In this document: positions 8,921-18,711 of the stretch, one piece after another
Position numbering within the stretch: the stretch's first letter is position 1
Layout: each line of letters starts with the position of its first letter
NCBI GenBank assembly: GCA_041659205.1
Contig: JBAZYS010000004.1
Location: forward strand, 587 to 64,586
Reading direction: 5' to 3'
Source: Minisyncoccota bacterium
GTDB taxonomy: Bacteria; Patescibacteriota; Minisyncoccia; Phycocordibacterales; UBA9973
DNA length: 64,000 bases
Made by a program: the position numbers and the translations under genes
Notes under the pieces: generated by a model
Databases searched by the model: none
Seen by the model: only the letters and a program-made list of their open reading frames with translations
Told to the model about the DNA's origin: nothing

Positions 8921-10386
8921 GACTTACCAAAAGACATAAGCTTTGAAAGCAGACTGTTTTTTTCTAGGTAAGACTTTATGTGCTTTCGAGCGACAGTTGT
9001 TTTAACATATTCAAGCCATTTGCCAGATGGTTTGGAATCTTTTCGTGTTGAAATTTCGACGATGTCGCCATTTTTTAATTTTGTAAAAATTTGAGACATT
9101 TTATTATTAATTTTAGCTGCAAAGATATGATCTCCGATATCTGTATGTATCGAATAAGCAAAATCAATTGGAGTTGAGTCCTCTGGGAGGTCTACAACGT
9201 CTCCTTCAGGTGTAAAAACGAAGATACGGTCATTAAAGAAATCCATTTTGAGGTGCTCTATGAAGTTTTTTGGGTCATTTGGATTATAATTTAGCTCTTT
9301 TAACTCTTCGATCCATTTGAATTTATCCTTATCTCCTCTGACTTTTTTTACACCTTGCTCTTTGTAGGCAAAATGTGCGGCAATACCATAAGCTGCTTCT
9401 ACGTGCATGTCTTTTGTTCGTATTTGGATTTCTGCAATTCCACCGAGCCCAGTAAAAATAGTTGTGTGGATAGAGCGGTAACCGTTTGGCTTTGGGACGG
9501 CAATGTAATCTTTAATCCTACCGGGGAGTGGGTTCCAGATTGAGTGAACTAATCCTAAAACGTGATAACAATCTTCAACAGAATCGACGACTACTCGAAG
9601 AGCGACGATATCATTTATTTTGTCTAAATCAAAATTATATTTTAAAAGTTTTTTATAAAGGCTGTATTTATGTTTAACTCGGTAATCTATTTCAATAAAT
9701 TTTACTTTATTCTTTTTTAACATTTTTTCAAGCTCCGTACGAACTTCATCAAGATTTTTTTCATATAAATCTTTATTCTCTTTTATGATTTCTTCAACTT
9801 GAGAGTATTCATTTGGATAAGCATAAGGAAAAGCCGCATCTTCAATCTCACCTTTAAGTTTTCCCATGCCGAGTCTGTTTGCAAGCGGAGCATATACTTC
9901 AATTGACTCGACTGCGATTCTTTGTCTTTTGTCTTCACGTACAAATTCTAACGTTTTCAAGTTATGGAGCCTGTCAGCAAATTTTATTATGACTACCCGT
10001 AGATCATTTGCCATCGCAACGAAAAATTTACGCAAGGATTCTACGTGTCTTTCGTGTCCTCGATATTTTAAGGTTCCAAGCTTTGTTACTCCTTTAATTA
10101 AAAATAATATATCGTCGCCGAATTCTTTTCGGATTACTTCCTCTGGTGTTGGTGTATCTTCTAATACATCATGGAGTAGTCCTGCGGCAATTGTCTGAGT
10201 ATCCATTCCAAGTTTTGCTAATGTCTTTGCCGTTTCGAAAACGTGAGTGAAATAAGGTTCACCACTTAACCTCTTTTGTTCTGCGTGAGCTTTCTCAGCA
10301 AAAAGATAAGCCTTATTTATGAGTTCTTCCTCCTTTTTGTTTATATTACCTTCGATAATATCTATTATTTCCTTCACATCTGTCAT
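8917..10386 (-). CDS. RelA/SpoT-family bifunctional (p)ppGpp synthetase/hydrolase (short form, HD + synthetase + TGS)
   Basis: HD hydrolase motif (HDVLEDT). Synthetase-domain motifs (GRIKDYIAVPKPNGYRSIH). C-terminal TGS-like region (RIFVFTPEGDVVDLP). Confidence 0.85.
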   Translation of the reverse strand: MTDVKEIIDIIEGNINKKEEELINKAYLFAEKAHAEQKRLSGEPYFTHVFETAKTLAKLGMDTQTIAAGLLHDVLEDTPTPEEVIRKEFGDDILFLIKGVTKLGTLKYRGHERHVESLRKFFVAMANDLRVVIIKFADRLHNLKTLEFVREDKRQRIAVESIEVYAPLANRLGMGKLKGEIEDAAFPYAYPNEYSQVEEIIKENKDLYEKNLDEVRTELEKMLKKNKVKFIEIDYRVKHKYSLYKKLLKYNFDLDKINDIVALRVVVDSVEDCYHVLGLVHSIWNPLPGRIKDYIAVPKPNGYRSIHTTIFTGLGGIAEIQIRTKDMHVEAAYGIAAHFAYKEQGVKKVRGDKDKFKWIEELKELNYNPNDPKNFIEHLKMDFFNDRIFVFTPEGDVVDLPEDSTPIDFAYSIHTDIGDHIFAAKINNKMSQIFTKLKNGDIVEISTRKDSKPSGKWLEYVKTTVARKHIKSYLEKNSLLSKLMSFGKS

Positions 10387-10429
10387 GTGAAGATTATAGC
10401 ACGTGCAAAAAGCTTACAAAAATTGTATC

Positions 10430-12667
10430 CTAGGCCTCAATTTTAGGGATTTTGTGAGGGTTATGCATTTTGCAAGCTTTGTTTGAGCAACGTTCAGGAA
10501 TGGTTTTCGTTCCTTCCATCATTAAACTGCCGCATTCTTTACAGATATTTCCCGTTGGTTTTGCTTTAATAGCAAATTTACAATCAGGATAGTTTGAACA
10601 TGAATAAAATATTCCGAATCTTCCACGTCTTTCTGTGATATCACCAACCTTACAAGTCGGGCACATTATGCCAGTGCGTTTTCTTGCTTCCTCTGCTTCA
10701 TCTTTTTTAATAAATTTACATTTTGGATAACGTGAACAAGAAATAAATGTACCTGTACCATCACGTCTTTCTTTGATGACGAGCTTGCCTCCACCAGATT
10801 TACCTTTTTTCTCGCCACACAAAGGACAGAGTTCGCCAGTTTCTTCTGGACCTTTTAATTCTGTGCCATCAAGCATGAGTGCTCCATCACAATCTGGATA
10901 TTTTGAACAAGAATAAAATTTACCACCACGAGAGAGTTTGATTATCATTGCACTTCCACACTTCGGACATTTAATATTTTCCGGTGCATCACCTAGGTTC
11001 GTAGCTTTTTCTAATTTTTCTTTAATTTTTATTTCTTTGAGAAACGGTATATAGAAATCCTTCAATGTTTTTTCGTATTCACGCTCACCACGAGATATTT
11101 CGTCAAGCTCATCTTCCATTTCAGCGGTAAATGTATCTGAAATATAATTTGCGAAATGTGCCTCTAAAAAATCTGACACGACTTCGCCGACATCGGTAGG
11201 GAAGAGAGTTTTTCCTTCTTTCTTAACATACCCTCGGTCCTCTATGGTTCTCATGATGGATGCATAAGTTGAAGGTCGTCCAATGCCTCTTGCCTCGAGT
11301 TCTTTAATGAGTCCTGCTTCAGAATATCTTCCTAGCGGTTCAGTAAATTTTTCTTCTCCACTTAAGCCGAGTAATTTTAATTTCTCTCCTTCTTTACATA
11401 GAGGAAGTTCTACGTCCTCGCCCCGAGCACCCGTATCTACAGCGAGCCATCCAGGGAAAAGTAAACGAGACCCAACTGCACCGAATTCTGGGATGTCATC
11501 ATGACCTTCAACTATTGCAGTTATTTTTGTCTTAAGCAATTTCGCTTCTGTCATTTGGGAAGATATAGCACGCTCCCAGATGAGTCTGTATAGTTTACTT
11601 TGATCATCGGTACCAGCTTGTAACTTTTCAATATGGGTTGGTCGGATAGCTTCATGAGCTTCTTGAGCATTTTTCGATTTAGTTTTATATATTCTAGCTT
11701 CAGCATATTTATCACTATATTCTTTTTTCACGAACGCTAAAATTTGAGACACTGCGACAGCTGATAAATTTGTACTGTCTGTTCTCATATATGTAATATG
11801 CCCAGCTTCGTAGAGTTTCTGAGCTATTTGCATCGTACGTGAAGGAGAATATCCGAGTCGTGAAGAAGCTGTTTGCTGAAGTGTAGAGGTAGTAAAGGGT
11901 GCCCGAGGAGACCTCTTTTGTTCGGACTCTTTAACTCCTTTAACTATCCAGGAACCCTTTTTCCCCTCGGTCATTATTTTCTCAAATAACTTTTCGTCGC
12001 GAGGCTCTTCAGAACAAGTAAGAGTAATTTTATCCTTCTTTGATGTTTCAAATAATCCTAATATTTTCCAATATTTTTCAGGAATGAAAGCACGAATTTC
12101 TCTCTCACGTTCCATTATTATGCGAAGTGCCGGGGATTGAACTCGTCCTGCTGAAAGTCCGTATCGAACCTTCTTCCAGATGAGTCCACTTAAGTCATAT
12201 CCTACAAGTCTATCGAGCACTCTGCGTGCTTCTTGAGCCTTACGTAAATCAGTATCAATTTTTCGTGGGGCTTTTATTGCTTCCTCGACTGCTTCTTTTG
12301 TAATTTCGTGAAATGTTACTCTAGATATAGGTGCTTTTACTTTCTTGTCTTCTTTGAGCAATGTCTCTATGTGCCAAGCGATAGCTTCTCCTTCACGGTC
12401 AGGGTCTGTCGCGAGTAATACTTCTGTTGCTTTTTCAGCAAGTCCCTGAAGTTCGTGGACGATCTTTTCTTTGCCTTTTGAAATTTCATAATGAGGAATA
12501 AATCCACCTTCTATGTCGATGGCTTGTTTATTTGATTTTGGTAAATCACGAATATGTCCGACAGATGCACGCACAGTAAATTTATCCGCCGGAGAGGAGG
12601 AAGCACCCTCGAGGTATTTCTCAATGGTTTTCGCTTTCGATGGTGATTCTACGATTAATAATTTCAT
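10430..12667 (-). CDS. topA: DNA topoisomerase I with C-terminal zinc-ribbon repeats
   Basis: TOPRIM start MKLLIVESPSKAKTI. Active-site region ITYMRTDS. Multiple C-terminal CxxC...CxxC ribbons. Confidence 0.9.
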   Translation of the reverse strand: MKLLIVESPSKAKTIEKYLEGASSSPADKFTVRASVGHIRDLPKSNKQAIDIEGGFIPHYEISKGKEKIVHELQGLAEKATEVLLATDPDREGEAIAWHIETLLKEDKKVKAPISRVTFHEITKEAVEEAIKAPRKIDTDLRKAQEARRVLDRLVGYDLSGLIWKKVRYGLSAGRVQSPALRIIMEREREIRAFIPEKYWKILGLFETSKKDKITLTCSEEPRDEKLFEKIMTEGKKGSWIVKGVKESEQKRSPRAPFTTSTLQQTASSRLGYSPSRTMQIAQKLYEAGHITYMRTDSTNLSAVAVSQILAFVKKEYSDKYAEARIYKTKSKNAQEAHEAIRPTHIEKLQAGTDDQSKLYRLIWERAISSQMTEAKLLKTKITAIVEGHDDIPEFGAVGSRLLFPGWLAVDTGARGEDVELPLCKEGEKLKLLGLSGEEKFTEPLGRYSEAGLIKELEARGIGRPSTYASIMRTIEDRGYVKKEGKTLFPTDVGEVVSDFLEAHFANYISDTFTAEMEDELDEISRGEREYEKTLKDFYIPFLKEIKIKEKLEKATNLGDAPENIKCPKCGSAMIIKLSRGGKFYSCSKYPDCDGALMLDGTELKGPEETGELCPLCGEKKGKSGGGKLVIKERRDGTGTFISCSRYPKCKFIKKDEAEEARKRTGIMCPTCKVGDITERRGRFGIFYSCSNYPDCKFAIKAKPTGNICKECGSLMMEGTKTIPERCSNKACKMHNPHKIPKIEA

Positions 12668-12721
12668 AGTTTAGCAAGTATTACACGAAAATGTTTTTTT
12701 TTGCAAATTTTCTAAAAAATA

Positions 12722-13612
12722 TTAACTAAAACTTGCATGAATCTCTCCGAGCTCTTCTTTAATTAATCCTTTAATTTCCATAACAGACAAAAGTGCATTA
12801 GCTGTTGGGGTGGGCATTTTCATCGCCCGAATTAATTCATCACGTGGGGCTGGTTCACGAAGTAAATTTACGACTAATTTTTCTTCTGGTAATAAATCTA
12901 AAAATAGCTTTGCTTGTTTTTCTTTATTTTTTGGAAGCTCAAAACCGAGAGCTTCCAAAACTTCTTCACTGCAAGTAACGGGCGTCGCCCCCTGATGTAA
13001 TAATTTATTCACCCCTTTTGAATTAGGAGAAAATATTGAACCAGGCACGACCAATACATCTCTATTGTATTCTGTTGCAAGTCTAGCCGTTATTAGTGTA
13101 CCAGACCTTTCTTCGGCCTCTATTATAAGTGTCGCTCTTGATATTCCCGCCATTAGACGATTTCTTCGGCCGAAGCTCCATAACGTTGCCTTAAAATCAG
13201 GTTCAAATTCTGACAAGAAGCATCCACCATTTGCGAAAATTTCTTCAGCCAATTTTACATTTGTTTTGGGGTACATCGCTTCAGGCGATAATCCTGAACC
13301 AGGAAAAACTAGAGCCCTTAATCCTACAGACAATGCTTTCTTATGAGCGATAGCATCTATACCCATAGCAAGGCCAGAAACAATTACTATCGGATAGCCC
13401 TTGAGTCCTCCAATTATCTTTTCGCAAGCTTCACGCCCGTATGAAGTAAATTTTCTAGAACCAACGACACAAAGGTAAATTAATTCCTCTGGTGGCAGTT
13501 CGCCCATAACCCAGAGGTCTTTCGGTGGTTGAGGAATTTCCAATAATGCTTTTGGAAAATCACTTTTAGGTAATTTTTTTATTTTCATACGAATGCAAAT
13601 AAAAAGTAGCAA
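12722..13612 (-). CDS. dprA: DNA processing protein DprA (Smf)
   Basis: Rossmann-like DprA core (VVSGLAMGIDAIAHKKAL ... GSGTLITA) and C-terminal wHTH. 296 aa. Confidence 0.85.
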   Translation of the reverse strand: MLLFICIRMKIKKLPKSDFPKALLEIPQPPKDLWVMGELPPEELIYLCVVGSRKFTSYGREACEKIIGGLKGYPIVIVSGLAMGIDAIAHKKALSVGLRALVFPGSGLSPEAMYPKTNVKLAEEIFANGGCFLSEFEPDFKATLWSFGRRNRLMAGISRATLIIEAEERSGTLITARLATEYNRDVLVVPGSIFSPNSKGVNKLLHQGATPVTCSEEVLEALGFELPKNKEKQAKLFLDLLPEEKLVVNLLREPAPRDELIRAMKMPTPTANALLSVMEIKGLIKEELGEIHASFS

Positions 13613-13773
13613 ATATCTTTTAAAAACCGCACATAATTTTTTACTAAAAATTTGCTAAGCTCTGCTCGTCAGCCTCTGCAATGCTTTTTAAAAGTTATTT
13701 ACTACTTTTTAGTACGTTAATAATATTATGTATTCTTCTTTTCAATATGCAAAATATATTATATACTCTCTAT

Positions 13774-15039
13774 ATGTTAGATATCAAATTTATTCGTGAA
13801 AACAAAGACATTGTGCAAGCAGGTGCGAAGAAAAAGCATGTAGATATAGACATCGAACATTTGCTTTCTCTCGATGATGCACGCTTAAAAGAGCTTAAGG
13901 AAGTGGAAGAACTTCGTAGTGAAGTAAATAGAGTTTCAAATGACATTGCTCGCAATCAAGATTCCGCACTCAAGGTTCAGCTCATAGAGGAGATGCGTGT
14001 CGTGAAGGATGACATCAAGGCAAAAGAAGAAAAACTAAAAACAATTACTGAGGAATGGCAGAAGATGATGGTTCATGTGCCAAATATTCCTGATATGTCT
14101 GTACCTGATGGAGAAAGTGATGAAGACAATGTTGAAATTCGTGCCTGGGGAGAAAAACCAGTATTTAATTTCACTCCGAAGAGTCATGTGGAATTGATGG
14201 AGAATTTAGACATGGTTGATTTTGAACGCGGAGTAAAAGTTTCTGGCTTCCGTGGATATTTTATGAAGAACGACGGGGCAACTTTATTTTTTGCTTTGTG
14301 GCAATATTTTTTAAATTATTTTATTGAACAGGGTTATACCCCAATGATTGTGCCTTCACTTGTACGTAAGGAATCATTAATAGGTACTGGTATGCTTCCT
14401 CAGTCAGAAGAAGATTTATATAAAGTTGGGGAGAATGAATACCTCGCTGGGACAGCGGAAGTCGCTACGATGGGTTACTATATGAATGAAGTTTTAGATA
14501 AAAAAGATTTACCTAAAAAGTTTATTAGCTTTTCTCCTTGTTTCCGCGCGGAAGCAGGCAAACATGGTAAAGATGTAAAAGGTATCATCCGCGTACATGA
14601 ATTTTTCAAAATTGAGCAAGTCATCCTCACTGAGGCATCTCATGAAGAGTCAGTAAAATGGCATGAAGAGATAACAGCCCATGTAGAGCACTTGATGCAG
14701 ACATTAAAATTACCATATCGAGTAGTTGTAAACTGCGGTGGAGACCTAGGACTCGGGCAAGTTAAAAAGTATGACATTGAAGCTTGGATGCCTTCTCAGG
14801 CTAAATATAGAGAAACTCATTCATCTTCTTACTTTCATGATTTTCAAACTCGTCGTTTAGGAATCAAATACAGAGATGATGATGGTAAATTACGTTTTGT
14901 GCACTCATTAAACAATACTGCTTGTGCAACTTCACGATTACCTGCATCACTTGTAGAAAACTATCAACAAGAAGACGGAAGCGTTATAATTCCTGAAGTT
15001 TTACGTAAATACATGGGAGGAAAAGAAGTTATAAAATAA
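13774..15039 (+). CDS. serS: serine--tRNA ligase. The annotated ORF start at 13681 probably over-extends, and the ATG at 13774 (MLDIKFIREN) matches the canonical SerS N-terminus.
   Basis: N-terminal coiled-coil arm. Class II motifs (FRAEAGKHGKDVKGIIRVHEF, GLGQVKKYDIEAW). Confidence 0.9.
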   Translation: MLDIKFIRENKDIVQAGAKKKHVDIDIEHLLSLDDARLKELKEVEELRSEVNRVSNDIARNQDSALKVQLIEEMRVVKDDIKAKEEKLKTITEEWQKMMVHVPNIPDMSVPDGESDEDNVEIRAWGEKPVFNFTPKSHVELMENLDMVDFERGVKVSGFRGYFMKNDGATLFFALWQYFLNYFIEQGYTPMIVPSLVRKESLIGTGMLPQSEEDLYKVGENEYLAGTAEVATMGYYMNEVLDKKDLPKKFISFSPCFRAEAGKHGKDVKGIIRVHEFFKIEQVILTEASHEESVKWHEEITAHVEHLMQTLKLPYRVVVNCGGDLGLGQVKKYDIEAWMPSQAKYRETHSSSYFHDFQTRRLGIKYRDDDGKLRFVHSLNNTACATSRLPASLVENYQQEDGSVIIPEVLRKYMGGKEVIK

Positions 15040-15932
15040 TGCAAAAAAGAAATGTTTTAAATTCTCCGCGCCTTTTAGAATTAAAAAAAGAAAGGCGAAG
15101 AGCTGTTTTAAATAAAATATTAGTCTCTTTGTTAGGTTTTTTTATTGTATTCTTTTTGCTTGCTTATCTTTCAAATTTGAAAAGTTTAAATGTCACTAGT
15201 GTAGAGATATATGGAAATAATGTAGTCGACACAGCAATACTTAAAGATAATGTAACTGAACAAATAAAAGGTAAATACTTGTGGCTTTTCCCTAAGACCA
15301 ATGTATTTTTATATCCAAACAATTCCATCAAAAGAGGACTGTGGGATAAATTTAAGAGATTAAAGGACATAAGTGTTTCAACTAAAGATAATAAAATTTT
15401 AGTAGTAAATCTTACTGAGCGAGTAGCGAAATATACTTGGTGCGGAAATAGTTTAATAACTACAGAGGATCAAAAATGCTATTTCCTAGATGATGATGGT
15501 TATGTTATCGACGAAGCGCCGTATTTTTCTGGAGAAGTCTATTTTAAATTTTATGGCCTGACTGCGCAGGCAGGCTTAACTTCTGCTGCAGAACCTCTCG
15601 GTTCATATTTTTCAAAAGATAAATTTAAACAGCTAGTTTTATTCAAAGATGTCTTAATTAGTATTAATTTAAAACCTGTGGCTCTTTATGTCACAAATAA
15701 CAAAGAGGTGGAGATATATTTATCAAAGGGAAATACAATACCAACGGGTGGGCCTAAAATAATTTTTAAAATTGATGCGGATTTTCAGAATGTAGCAGAA
15801 AATTTAGAAGCTGCCCTGAATGCTGAACCACTGAAAACAAAGTTTAAGACAAAATATACATCACTGGAGTACCTTGATTTACGTTTTGGTAATAAAGTAT
15901 ATGATAGGTTTTCGACCACTCTAGTAAAATAA
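15039..15932 (+). CDS. FtsQ/DivIB-like cell-division protein (N-terminal TM anchor plus POTRA-like domain)
   Basis: Basic N-terminus, single TM, then VTSVEIYGNNVVDTAILKDNV...ILVVNLTERVAKYTW, resembling the FtsQ POTRA region. Start overlaps the serS stop. Confidence 0.5.
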   Translation: MQKRNVLNSPRLLELKKERRRAVLNKILVSLLGFFIVFFLLAYLSNLKSLNVTSVEIYGNNVVDTAILKDNVTEQIKGKYLWLFPKTNVFLYPNNSIKRGLWDKFKRLKDISVSTKDNKILVVNLTERVAKYTWCGNSLITTEDQKCYFLDDDGYVIDEAPYFSGEVYFKFYGLTAQAGLTSAAEPLGSYFSKDKFKQLVLFKDVLISINLKPVALYVTNNKEVEIYLSKGNTIPTGGPKIIFKIDADFQNVAENLEAALNAEPLKTKFKTKYTSLEYLDLRFGNKVYDRFSTTLVK

Positions 15933-15933
15933 T

Positions 15934-16980
15934 ATGAAAAACTTTTGGAAAAAACTCAAGAAACCCATTTTCGTCTTGGCTCCCATGGCTGATGTCACGG
16001 ACTGTGCTTTCAGGCAAATTATCGCTAAATATGGCTCTCCAGACGTCTTTTGGACAGAGTTTGTATCAGCAGATGGCCTTGCACATCTGAAAGCGAGAGA
16101 GAAACTCCTAATTGATTTAAAATTTTCCAGAAATGAACATCCTATCGTCGCACAAATATTCGGTTCAAAGCCTGAGAATATAAAGACTGCTGCAGCATTA
16201 TGTAAAAAGCTTGGCTTCGATGGTGTAGATATAAATATGGGTTGCCCAAATAAATCAATTGAGAAGCAGAATTCCGGCGCCGCGATGATGAAAAATGCAG
16301 ACCTAGCTGGAGAGATTATCAAAGCTGCGAAAGAGGGGGCAAATGGTTTACCTATCTCAGTGAAAACTCGTATTGGTTACAATAAAAATGAAATTGAAAA
16401 TTGGATACCATTTTTACTTAAACAAAATTTAGCAGTGCTCACTGTTCATTTAAGAACTCGGAAAGAAATGTCTGATGTTCCTGCTCATTGGGACTTGATG
16501 AAAAGAATAGTAGAGATTAGAGACGAACTCGGAGTAGAAACTTTAATAATAGGGAATGGGGATGTCACAGATTTAGAAGATGCGAAAAAGAAAGTAAAAG
16601 AGACGGGTTGCGATGGGGTGATGCTTGGCAGAGCAATCTTTGGTAATCCGTGGTTATTTACTCCTTTGCGCTTGGAACATATTTCAAAAAGCAATCTATC
16701 TGGTGTTGCTACACCAGCGAACTTCTCGGCTCGTCAGCCTGCGAAAGGCTTTTCTCAATATGTTCCTTCGCTCCAAGAAAAACTTAAAGCCATGATAGAG
16801 CATACGAAACTTTTTGAGAAAATGCTCGTTCCGCATAAAAACTTCGCTGTAATGAAGAAGCATTTCAAAGCATATGTGAATGGTTTTGATGGTGCCAAGG
16901 AGCTTCGAGTAAAATTAATGGAAACCGAAAACGCTAAACAAGTTGCAGATATTGTAAAGGATTTCTTGAAAACTCGTTGA
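15934..16980 (+). CDS. tRNA-dihydrouridine synthase (DusB-like)
   Basis: The Dus-family N-terminal motif (VLAPMADVTDCAFRQI) and the TIM-barrel FMN-site residues are visible in the translation. Confidence 0.85.
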   Translation: MKNFWKKLKKPIFVLAPMADVTDCAFRQIIAKYGSPDVFWTEFVSADGLAHLKAREKLLIDLKFSRNEHPIVAQIFGSKPENIKTAAALCKKLGFDGVDINMGCPNKSIEKQNSGAAMMKNADLAGEIIKAAKEGANGLPISVKTRIGYNKNEIENWIPFLLKQNLAVLTVHLRTRKEMSDVPAHWDLMKRIVEIRDELGVETLIIGNGDVTDLEDAKKKVKETGCDGVMLGRAIFGNPWLFTPLRLEHISKSNLSGVATPANFSARQPAKGFSQYVPSLQEKLKAMIEHTKLFEKMLVPHKNFAVMKKHFKAYVNGFDGAKELRVKLMETENAKQVADIVKDFLKTR

Positions 16981-17016
16981 GGTATTTCTTTCTAGGGGGT
17001 TTTGAGCAGAAAATTT

Positions 17017-17116
17017 TTGGAATAATACTTTTCGCAGGGGTTTTGCAAGCGACGGCGAGCAAACTTCAGGACTCTTTAAGCTTCAAAGAGTCCGTACCAA
17101 AGAAAAGTGATTATTC
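17017..17116. repeat. copy 2 of the ~95-nt structured intergenic element (candidate ncRNA)
   Basis: Core 17028-17111 matches 6175-6258. Hairpin GGACTCTTT-aagcttc-AAAGAGTCC carries a compensatory T>C / A>G change relative to copy 1. A different closing inverted repeat GGAATAAT / ATTATTCC (17017-17024 / 17109-17116). A degenerate partial third copy lies at 16993-17016. Confidence 0.6.
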
Positions 17117-17130
17117 CAAAAATTATATAA

Positions 17131-18189
17131 ATGTACTATAATGATTCCATGCATGACTTAGCTTTATATCGTAAATACAGGCCACAGAAGTGGGATCAAG
17201 TCTTCGGGCAAGAACACATCACCGATGTATTAGAGAGCTCTGTAGGGTCAAATAAAGTCTCTCATGCATACCTTTTCGTAGGATCTAGAGGCACAGGCAA
17301 GACGACCGTAGCCCGTATTTTTGCGAAAGAGATAGGCGTATCTGTAAACGACCTCTATGAGATAGATGCCGCCTCAAACAGAGGAATAGAAGATATAAAA
17401 GAACTCCGCGACGGCGTGCGAGTGTTGCCATTCGATTCGAAATACAAAGTTTACATCATAGATGAAGTACACATGCTCTCCAAGGACGCCTGGGGTGCAC
17501 TCTTGAAGACTCTCGAAGAGCCACCAAAGCATGTCATTTTTATTCTTGCTACGACCGAGCTTCATAAAGTCCCTGAGACTATTGTTTCTCGTTGCCAGGT
17601 TTTCACTTTCAAAAAGGCTTCCGAGCTTATGTTGAAGAACATAATTTTATACGTTGCGAAGGAAGAAGGCTATGATTTAGAAAAGGGTGCAGCCGAGCTC
17701 CTTGCTATTTTAGCTGATGGTTCATATCGTGATGGCCTGGGTGAACTTCAGAAAGTTTTAAATTTCTCTAAGGGCAAGAAAATCAAAAGAGAAGACGTGG
17801 AGAAAATAACCGGTGCGCCGAAGACGACCCTCGTGAATGATTTTATAAGTGCGATAGCAGAGAAAGATTTAGAGAAAGGAATAACTGCTGTGCGAACTGC
17901 ATCAGAATCAAATTTAGATATGAAATTATATTTCAAGCTCATCATTCAGAAATTCCGCATGGCAATTATCTTGCGTTATGCTCCGAAATTAGAAAAAGAT
18001 ATGACAGGGGACTTAGGTGAGGAAGATTTAGTATTTCTAAAAGCATTAATAAAGGAAGATAAAAACAGTATGCTCCGTTCAGGAGCCTTAGCTACCTTAC
18101 TTTCTGCTTACCAAGACATAGATAATACGTTTGTCGCTGAGCTTCCGCTCGAGCTTGCTCTTGTAAAAATAATCTCTGAAGAAAAATAA
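17131..18189 (+). CDS. dnaX: DNA polymerase III gamma/tau subunit, short form (AAA+ domains only)
   Basis: YRPQKWDQVFGQEHI signature, Walker A GSRGTGKTT, Walker B/DEVH region IIDEVHML. Only 352 aa. Confidence 0.75.
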   Translation: MYYNDSMHDLALYRKYRPQKWDQVFGQEHITDVLESSVGSNKVSHAYLFVGSRGTGKTTVARIFAKEIGVSVNDLYEIDAASNRGIEDIKELRDGVRVLPFDSKYKVYIIDEVHMLSKDAWGALLKTLEEPPKHVIFILATTELHKVPETIVSRCQVFTFKKASELMLKNIILYVAKEEGYDLEKGAAELLAILADGSYRDGLGELQKVLNFSKGKKIKREDVEKITGAPKTTLVNDFISAIAEKDLEKGITAVRTASESNLDMKLYFKLIIQKFRMAIILRYAPKLEKDMTGDLGEEDLVFLKALIKEDKNSMLRSGALATLLSAYQDIDNTFVAELPLELALVKIISEEK

Positions 18190-18190
18190 T

Positions 18191-18367
18191 ATGAGCGAAT
18201 TTAAAATCGGAAAAGTTCCACCTATATTTCCTGGCAATTTAAAGAAAGAAAAAGATCCCAGTGGAACAAAAGATAAAAAGAAAAAGTCTGATAAGGAGGA
18301 TGCAGTAGAATTCTCAGAAGAATTACAGGAATTATTAAAGAGAGCAAAGGAAAATGAATCCCGTTAG
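18191..18367 (+). CDS. small Lys-rich hypothetical protein (58 aa), not in the supplied ORF track
   Basis: ATG 2 nt after the dnaX stop. Uninterrupted frame MSEFKIGKVPPIFPGNLKKEKD...KENESR. No homology recognised. Confidence 0.25.
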   Translation: MSEFKIGKVPPIFPGNLKKEKDPSGTKDKKKKSDKEDAVEFSEELQELLKRAKENESR

Positions 18368-18444
18368 ATGCCGCTATCGCAATTAAGTACATAAATATTT
18401 ATGAAATTAAATACTGCAAAAATTAATAACTCTAAATATCAGGT

Positions 18445-18648
18445 ATGCGAATTGACCGCGATCTGCTTCTAAACGGGATGAATAAATACCAGTGTTCAGA
18501 TTGCGGGTGGATATATGATGAGGCTATAGGATATCCCGAGCGGGGCATAGCTCCTGGAACCAAATGGGAAGATGTTCCTGATGACTTTAAATGTGCGAAC
18601 TGCAGTAACAGAAAAAACACCCATAAGTGGAAGAAGTTGAGAGAATAA
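18445..18648 (+). CDS. rubredoxin (likely true start at the internal ATG 18478, [10 protein letters not shown])
   Basis: [12 protein letters not shown]...PDDFKCANC gives the two CxxC pairs and aromatic core of rubredoxin. Confidence 0.8.
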   Translation: MRIDRDLLLNGMNKYQCSDCGWIYDEAIGYPERGIAPGTKWEDVPDDFKCANCSNRKNTHKWKKLRE

Positions 18649-18661
18649 TTACTAAATAAGT

Positions 18662-18698
18662 ATAAAAAAAACGCCCCGAAGTCGAGGCGATTTTGAGA
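18662..18698. terminator. bidirectional Rho-independent terminator between rubredoxin (+) and the 18712..19386 gene (-)
   Basis: A8 run, GC hairpin CGCCCCGAAGTCGAGGCG, then TTTT. Confidence 0.5.
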
Positions 18699-18711
18699 TG
18701 GATAGCGATGT

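Noticed and set aside
13681-13773. N-terminal 31-codon hydrophobic extension of serS in the ORF track, and the antisense ORF 13770..13955
   Set aside because: Canonical SerS begins MLDIKFIREN at the ATG 13774. The extension is AT-rich upstream sequence, and the antisense ORF lies inside it and in the serS 5' end.
17017-17116. Possibility that the structured element upstream of dnaX is the SRP (4.5S) RNA gene, which is often found upstream of dnaX
   Set aside because: The conserved domain-IV features (GGAA tetraloop context, AGCAG/GGAAGCAG motifs) are absent on either strand. The same element also occurs between miaA and murA.
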